Part shown: one piece after another, positions 19,648-29,125 of the stretch
Layout of the letters: each line of letters opens with the position of its first letter
How positions within the stretch are numbered: the first letter of the stretch is position 1
NCBI GenBank assembly: GCA_964598205.1
Contig: CAZRBB010000002.1
Coordinates: 52,459-116,458 of the forward strand
Length of the DNA: 64,000 nt
DNA from: an uncultured Candidatus Saccharibacteria bacterium
GTDB taxonomy: Bacteria > Patescibacteriota > Minisyncoccia > CAIUEV01 > JAHKAQ01
Direction: 5' to 3'
Notes under the pieces: generated by a model
Databases searched by the model: none
Told to the model about the DNA's origin: nothing
Seen by the model: the letters and a program-made list of their open reading frames with translations, nothing else
Translations under genes and position numbers: made by a program

Positions 19648-20901
19648 TTATCTTTTGTTTAATGCTTCCATTGGTGTTAAGAGAGAGGCTTTGTACGCTG
19701 GTCGAGAACCAAAGAGAATGCCAATTAAGAGAGATGATAAAAGACTTAGAGCAACGGCACTCGGACTTAAGGGAAAGCTAAGGATTATGTTATAACGGAC
19801 TAGAATTTTTTCTGTAAGTTGATTGCCTAAAAATCCCAAAAAAACACCAAACAGTCCGCCCAAGACTGCGATAAATACTGCCTCCGCTAAGAATTGCCGT
19901 AAAATGTCTGACTGCCAAGCGCCCAGAGCTTTTCTTAGTCCAATCTCTGCCGTTCGTTCGGTAACTGCCACATACATTACATTCATAATTCCTACACCAC
20001 CGACTACTAGGGAAATAGAAGTTAGGGCTAAAAGCAACGCGTTCACCACAGCAAAAATAGTCTTAAGCATCTCTACTGCTTCTGTAATAGGCATTACGGA
20101 AAAATCGTCGTCATTTGGATCGGTTATTTGGTGACGGTCCCGCATTACCTGGGTAATCTCTGCCACTTTTAAATCCATTAGCATGGGATCCTTTAATTTA
20201 AACATTGAATATTGCAAATAATCTATTCCCATGATTTTTTTTTGCAAAGTTTCCAGTGGTAAATGAATCATTGAATCAAAGCTAAAGAACCCAGTAGAGC
20301 CCCTTTCTTTAAGAACACCAATTACTTCAAAAGAAATTCCTTTAATTTTTATTTTTTTATTGAGTGGGTCCTCGCTACCAAAAAAATCTGTAGCCACTTC
20401 GCTTCCCAAAACAACTACTTGTTTTAGTCCTCGGTCTTCGTCTTCTAAATACATTCTTCCCTTTTCTATTTTGAACTGAGCATCTACCAAAGCAATTCCC
20501 GGAGTAACCCCCATAATCATTGTTTGTTCGTTTTTTCCCTGATACCCAACTACTTGCTGACTCATTAAGCCACCATACCAAGAATCGACACCGCTAATTC
20601 GACTGACTGCTTCGGCGTCTTTTAATTTGTAGGTGGTAATGGCGGCGCCACCAACCATTTGATTGGCATTTTCGGCAGAATCTTTTTTAGTCTGGGGAGC
20701 TTTTATTTCAACATCGATCACATCGGTTCCAAAAGATTCCACCTGAGAAAGAACATAGTTTTTTACTCCCAATCCCAAAGAAAGCACCAAAACCACGGAA
20801 GCAGTACCAATGGTTATTCCCAAAAGAGATAAAAAGGTCCGACCCCAATTAGAGACAAGACTGCGTACGGCCAATTTTAGAGGGATGCCAAGGGTTTTCA
20901 T
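19648..20901 (-). CDS. MacB/FtsX-family ABC transporter permease
   Basis: RTFLSLLGITIG, SLVVGGVGIMNVM..AVTERTAEIGLRKALGA and P.EAL motifs. Confidence 0.92.
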   Translation of the reverse strand: MKTLGIPLKLAVRSLVSNWGRTFLSLLGITIGTASVVLVLSLGLGVKNYVLSQVESFGTDVIDVEIKAPQTKKDSAENANQMVGGAAITTYKLKDAEAVSRISGVDSWYGGLMSQQVVGYQGKNEQTMIMGVTPGIALVDAQFKIEKGRMYLEDEDRGLKQVVVLGSEVATDFFGSEDPLNKKIKIKGISFEVIGVLKERGSTGFFSFDSMIHLPLETLQKKIMGIDYLQYSMFKLKDPMLMDLKVAEITQVMRDRHQITDPNDDDFSVMPITEAVEMLKTIFAVVNALLLALTSISLVVGGVGIMNVMYVAVTERTAEIGLRKALGAWQSDILRQFLAEAVFIAVLGGLFGVFLGFLGNQLTEKILVRYNIILSFPLSPSAVALSLLSSLLIGILFGSRPAYKASLLTPMEALNKR

Positions 20902-22157
20902 TACTCGTATCTTAAAGCTTCCATTGGAGAGATGCGGGAGGCCTTAATGGCGGGATACATACCAAAAACCAATCCTACCAAAACGGAAATCAACATTGCC
21001 AACAGAATCGCTAGGGGTGATAAAAAGAAGTTCCACTCAAATTTTAACGCCTGCATGATTAAGCTGATTATAAAAGAAAAAAGAATTCCAATAATAATTC
21101 CTGCGATTCCTCCCAAAAGAGAAACTACGGCTGATTCTACTAAAAACTGAGAAGCAATATCTTCACTTCTGGCTCCAACGGCTTTTCTTAGGCCTACTTC
21201 CCGAATCCTTTGATTAACTGCAATTAACATAATGTTCATAATTCCTACACCTCCTACCAGCAAGGAAATTGAACCAATGGCTAAAAGAAAGTACCGTAAA
21301 ATGTCGGTAACATTGGTAATAATCTTTAAGGCAGAAGCTTGATCCCGTACCGAAAAGTCATCTTCTTGAGAGTCTTTAATGTTGTGATTGATCCTAATTA
21401 TTTGTTTAATCTCTTCTTTAATCCAAGGAATATCGGTGGCATTTTTAGCCTTTAAGCGAATAAATCCTAAGTGGTCTATTCCCATAATCAGTTTTTGTGA
21501 TGTTTTAATGGGAATAAAAACAGAATCGTCTTGGGAATTAGCCCCAAAGGCACTCGCCCCTTTTTCCCTAAAAACCCCAATTACTTGAAAGTTATGATTC
21601 TTAATGGTTATTTTTTTTCCTATTGGATCGTCGTTTCCAAAAAATTCTTTTGCCACCCCCGATCCCAAAACTGCCACTCGGGTTAAATCTTCTCCTTCTT
21701 CTTTATCAAAAAAACGACCGCGAAGAAGCTTGCCATCTTCTACTACTGGATAATCGGCAGTTACTCCAGAAATATTAAAGCTTGATCCCAAACTTTGGTA
21801 AGTTATTTTTTCTTTTTTAAAAACATAACCCGTGGCGGCATCGATTCCCAAAAAATCAGCCTTAGCCAAAAGACTTTCCAAATCGTTTAGGGTCAAAGTT
21901 TTAACGGTGATTCCAAAAGCCATAGCTGGTGGTCCGTCTTCTTTAGAAGCCCCCGGCAGAACGGCAATCAAATTGGTCCCCACTCCTTTAATTTGGCCAA
22001 CAATTACTTCTTGAGCCGATTTACCAATGGCAAAAATAATCACTACGGCTGCTACCCCAATAATAATTCCCAGGATGGTTAAAAAGGAGCGAAGTTTGCT
22101 CCCTAAAAGATTTTTATAAGAAATTTTGATTGCGGTTAGAAAAAAAACAAAGCGCAT
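20901..22157 (-). CDS. MacB/FtsX-family ABC transporter permease
   Basis: RSFLTILGIIIGV, SLLVGGVGIMNIM..EVGLRKAVGA and PMEALRYE motifs. Confidence 0.92.
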   Translation of the reverse strand: MRFVFFLTAIKISYKNLLGSKLRSFLTILGIIIGVAAVVIIFAIGKSAQEVIVGQIKGVGTNLIAVLPGASKEDGPPAMAFGITVKTLTLNDLESLLAKADFLGIDAATGYVFKKEKITYQSLGSSFNISGVTADYPVVEDGKLLRGRFFDKEEGEDLTRVAVLGSGVAKEFFGNDDPIGKKITIKNHNFQVIGVFREKGASAFGANSQDDSVFIPIKTSQKLIMGIDHLGFIRLKAKNATDIPWIKEEIKQIIRINHNIKDSQEDDFSVRDQASALKIITNVTDILRYFLLAIGSISLLVGGVGIMNIMLIAVNQRIREVGLRKAVGARSEDIASQFLVESAVVSLLGGIAGIIIGILFSFIISLIMQALKFEWNFFLSPLAILLAMLISVLVGLVFGMYPAIKASRISPMEALRYE

Positions 22158-22163
22158 GGCAGG

Positions 22164-22895
22164 CTATTTTAAAGTCTTTTCCTGATTGGCAAATCTTCTG
22201 TTTTTAATCAGTTTATCTTCTGCCAATAGCCCGTCTTTAATGTAAATAACCCGCTTGGCATGTTCGGCGGTAAAAGTTTCGTGAGTTACTAAGATAATAG
22301 TTTTTCCTTCGTCGTTTAATTTTTGTAAAATTTCCATTACCTTTAAGCCAGATTGGGAGTCTAGATTACCGGTTGGTTCGTCGGCAAAAATTATTGTTGG
22401 AGAATTGACCAAGGCTCGTGCAATGGCCACCCGTTGCTTTTCCCCACCAGAAAGCATGTTAGAAAAATAACTTGACCGATGACTCATCATCACGGAAGCC
22501 AAAGCTTGATCGACTTTTCTTATACTTTCTTTTTTATTAATCTCTCCCCTGTCATAAAGAAGTGGCAACTCTACATTTTCAAAAACGGAAGTCTTGGGTA
22601 GGAGATTGAAGGTCTGAAAAACAAAACCGATTTTTTGGTTTCGAATCAAAGCTAGTTCGTTATCAGAAAACTTCTCCGCATTCTTTCCTAAAAAAAAGTA
22701 AGATCCACCACTGGAGCGGTCTAAGAATCCCAAAATTTGCATTAAGGTAGACTTTCCAGAACCGGAAGGTCCCATAATAGAGACGAATTCTCCTTCTTGA
22801 ATTTCAAAAGAAACGCCAGCTAAGGCGTGAGTTTCCGCGCTACCGGAACCGTAGGTTTTTTTTAAATCAACAACCTTAATTAGAGCTTGAGGCAT
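22164..22895 (-). CDS. MacB/LolD-family ABC transporter ATP-binding protein
   Basis: [23 protein letters not shown] and ADEPTGNLD motifs. Confidence 0.95.
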   Translation of the reverse strand: MPQALIKVVDLKKTYGSGSAETHALAGVSFEIQEGEFVSIMGPSGSGKSTLMQILGFLDRSSGGSYFFLGKNAEKFSDNELALIRNQKIGFVFQTFNLLPKTSVFENVELPLLYDRGEINKKESIRKVDQALASVMMSHRSSYFSNMLSGGEKQRVAIARALVNSPTIIFADEPTGNLDSQSGLKVMEILQKLNDEGKTIILVTHETFTAEHAKRVIYIKDGLLAEDKLIKNRRFANQEKTLK

Positions 22896-22942
22896 TTGAG
22901 ATATTAGAAAGGTTAACCGTAAAACTTACGCGTTTGGCGCAT

Positions 22943-24277
22943 TTAAGGAGACTGGGATTTTTTTTCTAAAACAATAATTTCTTCTCCCTCTCTTAATCCC
23001 GAAACGGCTTCTATAACGCCACCATCCCCTTCTTGACCAGTCTTTACTTCTCTTTTTTCTCTCTTTCCGGCGGTGTCAATCACCCAAATAAATTCTTTAT
23101 CACCTTCCTTAACCAACGCTCTTTTGGGAATTAAAAGAAGATTTGATTTTTGGTTAATAAAAATGTCTAAGTCCGCACTCATTCCTTCTTTAAGTCTGGG
23201 GTCCACTTTTTCCAAGGAGAATTTGGTTTTGTAATAAACAACATCTTGAATAAGGGTGGCAGCGGGGTCGATTTCTATTAGGGTGGCAGCAAAATTTTCC
23301 GAAACCGGCAAGGCATCGAAGGCAACCTGAGTTTTTTGACCTAGTTTTAACTTGGCAATATCTGATTCGGGAACATTGGCTTCTAAAATAAAGTCGTTGG
23401 TAATTATTTCTCCAAAACTACCAGACATCGCTGAGCCTAAAACTTCTCCTGCTTTGTAGTTTAATTTAGAAATCGTGCCGTTGACCGGAGCGCTAAGAGT
23501 TGCCTTTTCTAAATTGGTTAGCGCTTCTTCGTAACTTGTTCTGGCAGCGGCTACTAAAGAATCGCGACTTTTTTGGGCATAATCTGATTTGGCCGAACTT
23601 AATTTTTCTTCTGCCAAGGAAAGAGAGTTCTCCGCACTAACAATATTTAGTTCGGAAGAATCTTCGGCGGTAGTTTGATTTTCTCCGGCAGCATTTTTAT
23701 TAGATTCGGCTGTTTTTAGAGATAACTTGGCGCTTTGTGTTTCTAGGGCGCTGTCCCCGTAATGATCTTGAGCTTTGTGGTAATAAATAAGAGATTCATC
23801 GTAATAATCACTGGCATCACTTTTAGCTTTTTTGGCAGCACTTATTTTTTGATCTTCTAATTTTTTGATCTTTTTTAGATATTTTTCGGAATTTTCTACC
23901 GATAGTTCTTGTTCTTTTATTAGATCATCGCTAGTTCCAGCTTCGGCTACCGTTTTTTCCCAGTTAAGACGAGCGCGTTCGGCTTCTTCGGTAAGCATCT
24001 TTTCTTCCATAAAAGCTAACGGTTCACCACGAAAAACTTTGACGCCGGTTTTAGTTTTTATTTCTTTTATTTTTCCGGTAATTTCAAAGTTTAATCTTAG
24101 AGTTTGGTTGGCAGATAATACTCCCGTTACTGCGACAGTTTCTGTTAGATTGCCACGGGCCACTCTTTCTATTACCAAGCCGGATCGGGGATCTCCTTTT
24201 TTAAAGAAGAAACTAAAACTAATGGCTAAGATTAATAAAATTCCACCCCAAATAAACCACTTCTTTTTTGTTTTCAT
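22943..24277 (-). CDS. Efflux membrane-fusion (MacA/HlyD-family) protein
   Basis: N-terminal TM, lipoyl-like halves flanking a coiled coil, APVNGTI, LKEGMSA and SGLREGE motifs. Confidence 0.88.
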   Translation of the reverse strand: MKTKKKWFIWGGILLILAISFSFFFKKGDPRSGLVIERVARGNLTETVAVTGVLSANQTLRLNFEITGKIKEIKTKTGVKVFRGEPLAFMEEKMLTEEAERARLNWEKTVAEAGTSDDLIKEQELSVENSEKYLKKIKKLEDQKISAAKKAKSDASDYYDESLIYYHKAQDHYGDSALETQSAKLSLKTAESNKNAAGENQTTAEDSSELNIVSAENSLSLAEEKLSSAKSDYAQKSRDSLVAAARTSYEEALTNLEKATLSAPVNGTISKLNYKAGEVLGSAMSGSFGEIITNDFILEANVPESDIAKLKLGQKTQVAFDALPVSENFAATLIEIDPAATLIQDVVYYKTKFSLEKVDPRLKEGMSADLDIFINQKSNLLLIPKRALVKEGDKEFIWVIDTAGKREKREVKTGQEGDGGVIEAVSGLREGEEIIVLEKKSQSP

Positions 24278-24345
24278 TTAGAAAAATAATCAATGGGCTT
24301 ATTATAGAATTAAAAAAATAAAAATCAAAACACTGGACTCTTCGG

Positions 24346-24486
24346 CTTAGCTATCTAGGCTTTTGGGAGTACGCGGCGCTCCGCCCAGCGGCTCCGCTTG
24401 CTCTAGTTTGAATCCTCGCTCTTTTCTCTTCGAGAAAAACCGGCCCGCTCGGATTCAAAAGCCTCCCAAAAGCCTAGATAGCTAAG
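24346..24486. repeat. Nested palindromic element (GGAGTAC type)
   Basis: Perfect 24-bp arms CTTAGCTATCTAGGCTTTTGGGAG / CTCCCAAAAGCCTAGATAGCTAAG enclosing GC-rich inner hairpins. Confidence 0.85.
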
Positions 24487-24637
24487 TAATAAAGATAGAA
24501 ACAACAAAAAATACATTATAGACATTCCTACTTTTATTTCTTTTTCCAATTAGCTAAGCTTGAATCAAGAAAGACTAGGAATAAGAACGCCACTCCAAGA
24601 GAGATTGAATTCCAAGAAAGATTAAATTTTAGTTCAT

Positions 24638-26587
24638 ATGGCAGAAATCAAGAGTAAAAAATTTTATGCGGTGATTCCTTTAATTAAGGCCGCCGCACGA
24701 CTTAAAAAAAGCTTTACTTATTTTTCTTTTAGCGAACTTTCATTAGGAGATTTGGTGGTGATTGATTTTCGAAACCAAGAAACGCTCGGTATTGTTTTGG
24801 GGCAGGAGATGATCCCTCCTCGGCTTGCTTCTAAGATAAGTTTAAAGGAAATAAAAGAAGTAAAAATCAAAGGATTTTTTAATCCATTGCAAATTAAGGT
24901 TTTTACAGAAGCAGGTGATTATTATCTTTCTTCTTTGGCTTCTTTTTTGGTGGCTGCCGCGCCGAAGATAATAAAAAAAAGAAAAGCTCTGGTTGACGCC
25001 GAGCCCAAGATTGTTCTCTATTCTGGAAAAATAAAAATCAAGAAAGGAGATTCGGTTAAGGCTAAGAAAATTATTCAAGCATTAAAAAAACAAAGAAGTT
25101 TATTGCTTTTTTCCCAAAAAAGAGAGGAGCTTTTGATCTTCTTGATTGCTGGTGCCATTAATGCTGGTGGCCAAGCCTTAATACTGGTGCCTAACAGTCT
25201 CCTTCTTTCTGCTTGGGAAGAAAAATTAAAAAGTGTTTTTGGTTCCCAATGCTTAGCTGTTTTTGGAAAGAATAAAGCATTGGGAGATTTTTTCCTTAAT
25301 TGGGATGCGGCGAGGCTAAAAAAGAAAAGAATAATCCTTGGCACTCGCTCTGCTATTTTGGGAAATTTCCCAGAATTAAAATTGATTATTATAGAAGAAG
25401 CCCACGACCAATCTTATAAGCAGTGGGGCAAGGCCCCTAGATACGACGCTAGACTAATAGCCGAAAATATTTCCCAGCAGTCGCCGGTAAAGCTGATTTT
25501 GGGAACCGCCTCCCCTACTATTGAACAAGCCTTTTTTTATCAGCAAAAAACTTTGGCTTTTCCTTCTCGCCGAAAAAGAAAACTTTCTTTATTGGTAGAT
25601 GCGGGCGATAAACATAATTTTTCTACCTCTTCAATTATTACAGAACCAATCATTGCAAAAATAAATCGTGCGCTTGGTTTTAAGAAAGTGATCTTTTTAG
25701 GAACTCCACAAAAAGGTTGGGCGGCAGCGATCTTTTGCCGTGATTGTGGCTTTATTCCAACTTGCCCCGATTGCGGGAAGAACTATTACTTGGCTCAAAA
25801 AGAAGAACTTCGTTGCCCTAGTTGCCAAGCAAAAATAAAGGCACCAACGCATTGCCCTAGTTGCCAAGCCGCCTTTACCAAGACTTTAGGCGTGGGCGTT
25901 TTTACTGTTTATTCGGAGATCAAAAAACTGTTCCCCCAAGAGACCGTTCTTCTTTTGGAAAAAGGCACTCCAAAAGAAAAAGAAGAAAACCTAAAAAAAG
26001 CCTTAACCCAAAAAACAGGCTTGATTATTGGTTCGCCAGCCATATTGGGTTTGGCCCGATTTAATTTAGTTACCGGCTTAGCAATTTTATTAAACTCCGA
26101 TAAAGTCGCCTTTCTTTGGGATTACAACGCCGAAGAACGAAAGTATTCAGAAATTGCCCAGTGGCTAAGCGATTCTTTTAAAATTATGGTGCAAACTAAA
26201 TACAGAAAAGAAAAATCGTTCAAGAGAGGTCTTTTGGGACGGTGGGATTTATTTTTTAAAAAAAATCTTGAGCAAAGAAAAGCCAATAATTTTCCACCAT
26301 TCACCCAACTAATAAAGTTTACTGCTTCTTCTCTTTTGGCCACTAGCGCTGAGGCAAAACTAAAAAGACTGGCTAAAAAAATAACCGATACTGTTCTTTC
26401 TTCTTGTTTGATTACGAGCGATCCTTATCCGGGAGTACTTCCTAAAAAAAGAAGTCGTTATTTTTATCATTTAATCCTCACTCTTTCTAAAAGAAAAAAA
26501 GAAGATCAAAAAAAGCTAGAAGAAATTGCCGCCTACTGCCAAAAGGCCGAAATATCCATTGATGTTGACCCGCTAGAAACTCTATAA
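24638..26587 (+). CDS. priA: Primosomal protein N' (PriA), degenerate helicase motifs
   Basis: N-terminal 3'-binding domain (FTY...GDLVVIDFR), ILGTRSA, EEAHD.SYKQ...PRYDAR, TASP, four CxxC pairs and DVDP terminus. No GxGKT Walker A. Confidence 0.85.
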   Translation: MAEIKSKKFYAVIPLIKAAARLKKSFTYFSFSELSLGDLVVIDFRNQETLGIVLGQEMIPPRLASKISLKEIKEVKIKGFFNPLQIKVFTEAGDYYLSSLASFLVAAAPKIIKKRKALVDAEPKIVLYSGKIKIKKGDSVKAKKIIQALKKQRSLLLFSQKREELLIFLIAGAINAGGQALILVPNSLLLSAWEEKLKSVFGSQCLAVFGKNKALGDFFLNWDAARLKKKRIILGTRSAILGNFPELKLIIIEEAHDQSYKQWGKAPRYDARLIAENISQQSPVKLILGTASPTIEQAFFYQQKTLAFPSRRKRKLSLLVDAGDKHNFSTSSIITEPIIAKINRALGFKKVIFLGTPQKGWAAAIFCRDCGFIPTCPDCGKNYYLAQKEELRCPSCQAKIKAPTHCPSCQAAFTKTLGVGVFTVYSEIKKLFPQETVLLLEKGTPKEKEENLKKALTQKTGLIIGSPAILGLARFNLVTGLAILLNSDKVAFLWDYNAEERKYSEIAQWLSDSFKIMVQTKYRKEKSFKRGLLGRWDLFFKKNLEQRKANNFPPFTQLIKFTASSLLATSAEAKLKRLAKKITDTVLSSCLITSDPYPGVLPKKRSRYFYHLILTLSKRKKEDQKKLEEIAAYCQKAEISIDVDPLETL

Positions 26588-28417
26588 GCTTGTCCGCGGA
26601 CAATCACTTTCTTTCCCTTTGCCATATTTCCTCCACAGGATTTTAAAGTTTTCGTCTTCTAATAAAGTTAGAAGCGTTCCTTCGGCAATTACTTCCCCGT
26701 TCTTAAAAAAATAAATGTAGTCGAACATTGGTAGAAGATGAAGCCGATGAATAGAAGAGATCACTGTTTTTTGGGGATATTCTTTAAAAATATTCTTATA
26801 AATTGCTGTTTCGTTTTCGTTGTCTACGCTACTGGTTGGCTCATCTAAAAGAAGAATGTCTTTTTTAGAAGAAAAATAAAGCCCACGAGCTAGGGCTAGC
26901 CGTTGCTTCTCTCCACCAGAAAGAGAGACTCCCCTTTCCATAACATTGGTCGCTAGACCATGGGAAAGTTTTTTTATTGTCTTTTGGAATTCAGCCAAAC
27001 GAATAACTTTGCTTAGTCTTTCTTTTTGGGGATCGCCGCCCATTACAATATTTTCTTTCACGGTGGCGTTAAATAATTCTGGATCTTGAGGAATTAAAGC
27101 TGTTTGGGAATAAAAATGGGCCAAGCCGTTGGGAAGTTTTTTCCCAGCACAATAAACACTAACTTTATTTGGTAAATATAATCCGCGGAGAAGAGAAAGG
27201 ACGGTGCTTTTACCAGAACCACTTTCTCCAATTAGAGCAATCTTTTTTCCTTTAGAAATACACAAGGAAACATTACTGATGTTGCATTTTTCTTCTACTT
27301 CCTTAGTTTCTTCATTTAATGGATTATCTTTGGGGTAAGCAAAGAAAAGCTTGGCTATTTTAATTGTTTGCCAGTCATTGGGAAGGCTAGCGCTGGGAGT
27401 TTTTAATTTTTTTGATTCTCTAAAATCTTTGGTAATAACTTCGGTGGCACGGAGGGCTGAATCTTGAACTACTATTTCGCCATATTTCCAAGCAAAAGCG
27501 TAAAATGCCTCTCCCATGCTAGCTAAATAGCGATATAAAATAAAAAGTGTTCCCACTAAAATCAAACCATCTTTCCTAAAAGAAGTTACCGCATTCATCA
27601 CTATAATTCCCGCGGTCATTAAGCTGATAAAAATCGAGACTACAAACCATTTGATTTCATTAAGAGCGGTGTTTTTTCTAAAAACAGGAAACCCTAAGAG
27701 CGTTCGTCTCCCAATTTCTTTTTGGGCCCGCTTTTCTAGTCGCAAGGTGATTACGGTAATAATGTTGCCAATATAATCGTAAATGCCCGCCGAGAGATAA
27801 TTTTCTGCTTTAAAAACTTTTCTATATCCTTTTCTTAATCGCCTATCAAATAAGAGGATGGAAAAAATCGCCACAATGGAAACCAAGAAAGAAATGACCG
27901 CCGCTGGCCAGTAGAAAAATAAAAGCATTGCCATGGATCCAAAAAGACGAACGGCGTTTTCTATAATCATAAAGCTAGTGGAAGAAAAATCGAACAAGTA
28001 CTGGCCTCCCTTACTTATTTTATCTATAGTGTCTCCGGAATGATGATCCTTCTGCCATTTTATTGGCAACTCCAGAACCTTTCTGATCATTGCCAGTTTG
28101 TAATTTCGACGAACCAAAAAAGCATTTCGCTCTTCTATTACTCTTGCGGTTCCATGAAAGATCCAAAAGCCAACCTCTAATAAGATATAGAAGAAAAGAT
28201 TGGTTATTAGAAGAGTTAAAAATTTAGGATCAGAAGAAGTGGTTTGGGCGGAATTAAAAGCCCGACCAATAACTATTGGTTGAAAAAGCACTATTATGTT
28301 AGCCACAAAAGACATTACGCAGAAAACAATAAACCATTTTCTATTGCCCAAGGAATAACGCCAAGTGTAGCTAAGTAAATTTAGAATGGGATTTTTCTTC
28401 ATGTTTTTAAAATACAT
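26582..28417 (-). CDS. ABC exporter, fused permease/ATP-binding protein
   Basis: Six-TM N-terminal half; [23 protein letters not shown] and LLDEPTSSVD motifs. Confidence 0.92.
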   Translation of the reverse strand: MYFKNMKKNPILNLLSYTWRYSLGNRKWFIVFCVMSFVANIIVLFQPIVIGRAFNSAQTTSSDPKFLTLLITNLFFYILLEVGFWIFHGTARVIEERNAFLVRRNYKLAMIRKVLELPIKWQKDHHSGDTIDKISKGGQYLFDFSSTSFMIIENAVRLFGSMAMLLFFYWPAAVISFLVSIVAIFSILLFDRRLRKGYRKVFKAENYLSAGIYDYIGNIITVITLRLEKRAQKEIGRRTLLGFPVFRKNTALNEIKWFVVSIFISLMTAGIIVMNAVTSFRKDGLILVGTLFILYRYLASMGEAFYAFAWKYGEIVVQDSALRATEVITKDFRESKKLKTPSASLPNDWQTIKIAKLFFAYPKDNPLNEETKEVEEKCNISNVSLCISKGKKIALIGESGSGKSTVLSLLRGLYLPNKVSVYCAGKKLPNGLAHFYSQTALIPQDPELFNATVKENIVMGGDPQKERLSKVIRLAEFQKTIKKLSHGLATNVMERGVSLSGGEKQRLALARGLYFSSKKDILLLDEPTSSVDNENETAIYKNIFKEYPQKTVISSIHRLHLLPMFDYIYFFKNGEVIAEGTLLTLLEDENFKILWRKYGKGKESDCPRTSL

Positions 28418-28419
28418 TA

Positions 28420-28562
28420 TTCAATTTTTAATTACGAATTTTGAATTTTGAAATAATTTAAAACTCTGAATTTTAATTCAAATTTCCAATTTTGAATTTC
28501 GAAATAATTTAAAATTTGGAATTCTAATTTTAATCGAAATTCAAAATTCATAATTAAAAATT
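28420..28562. repeat. AT-rich heptad (GAATTTT/CAAATTT-type) repeat array with palindromic arrangement
   Basis: Repeated TTTGAAT/TTCGAAA units. Shares an exact 31-mer with leuS and an exact 22-mer with the GT4 gene. Confidence 0.75.
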
Positions 28563-28572
28563 AAATAAGGGT

Positions 28573-28601
28573 TTGCTAATTGGTTATTTATTTTATATAA
28601 T
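28573..28601 (+). promoter_or_regulatory. Putative sigma70 promoter for tRNA-Lys/tRNA-Val
   Basis: TTGCTA-17 nt-TATAAT. Confidence 0.6.
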
Positions 28602-28652
28602 CCCCCAAGAGTTTTTAGACTCTTTTGTTTTGTTTTTTTAAAAAAAATAGTT

Positions 28653-28725
28653 GGGTGCATAGCTCAGTTGGTAGAGCAGCGGCCTTTTAAGCCGTTTGTC
28701 GTGGGTTCGATCCCCCCTGCACCCA
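28653..28725 (+). tRNA. tRNA-Lys(UUU)
   Basis: Cloverleaf GGGTGCA...TGCACCC-A; anticodon arm GCGGC-CTTTTAA-GCCGT; CCA not encoded. Confidence 0.93.
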
Positions 28726-28735
28726 CAATTTTTAC

Positions 28736-28810
28736 GGGCGCTTAGCTCAGCTGGTTTAGAGCGACTGGTTTACACCCAGTAGGTCGGGGGTTCGATCCCC
28801 TCAGCGCCCA
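28736..28810 (+). tRNA. tRNA-Val(UAC)
   Basis: GGGCGCT...AGCGCCC-A; anticodon arm ACTGG-TTTACAC-CCAGT. Confidence 0.95.
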
Positions 28811-29047
28811 CAGGGTAAAATCATCTCTGAATTGTTTTTTGGTTGACAATTTATTTACTAGTTCTCTTTCCTCTTTTGTGTAAAAATTTGCCATATAATG
28901 TTCCTATTTACTGGACAAGTATATTAGATGGACATGGTACAATAAACCTACGAAAAAAAATACACACCAAAGCAAAAAACATCTATTGCCTTGGTAACAT
29001 CAAACTCCCCAAAAAATTGTCTTGTAGTAAATTGGAAATTTTATTTG

Positions 29048-29120
29048 TGCCGAGAGGCGGGATTGAACCGCCGACACCAGGATTTTCAGTCCTGTGCTCT
29101 ACCAACTGAGCTATCTCGGC
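29048..29120 (-). tRNA. tRNA-Phe(GAA)
   Basis: Minus strand GCCGAGA...TCTCGGC-A; anticodon arm CAGGA-CTGAAAA-TCCTG. The 5' end lies 5 nt after the stop of 29126..30361. Confidence 0.96.
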
Positions 29121-29125
29121 TTTAT

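Noticed and set aside
28653-29120. tRNA genes lacking encoded CCA as pseudogenes
   Set aside because: CCA is often added post-transcriptionally, and the cloverleaves are otherwise intact.
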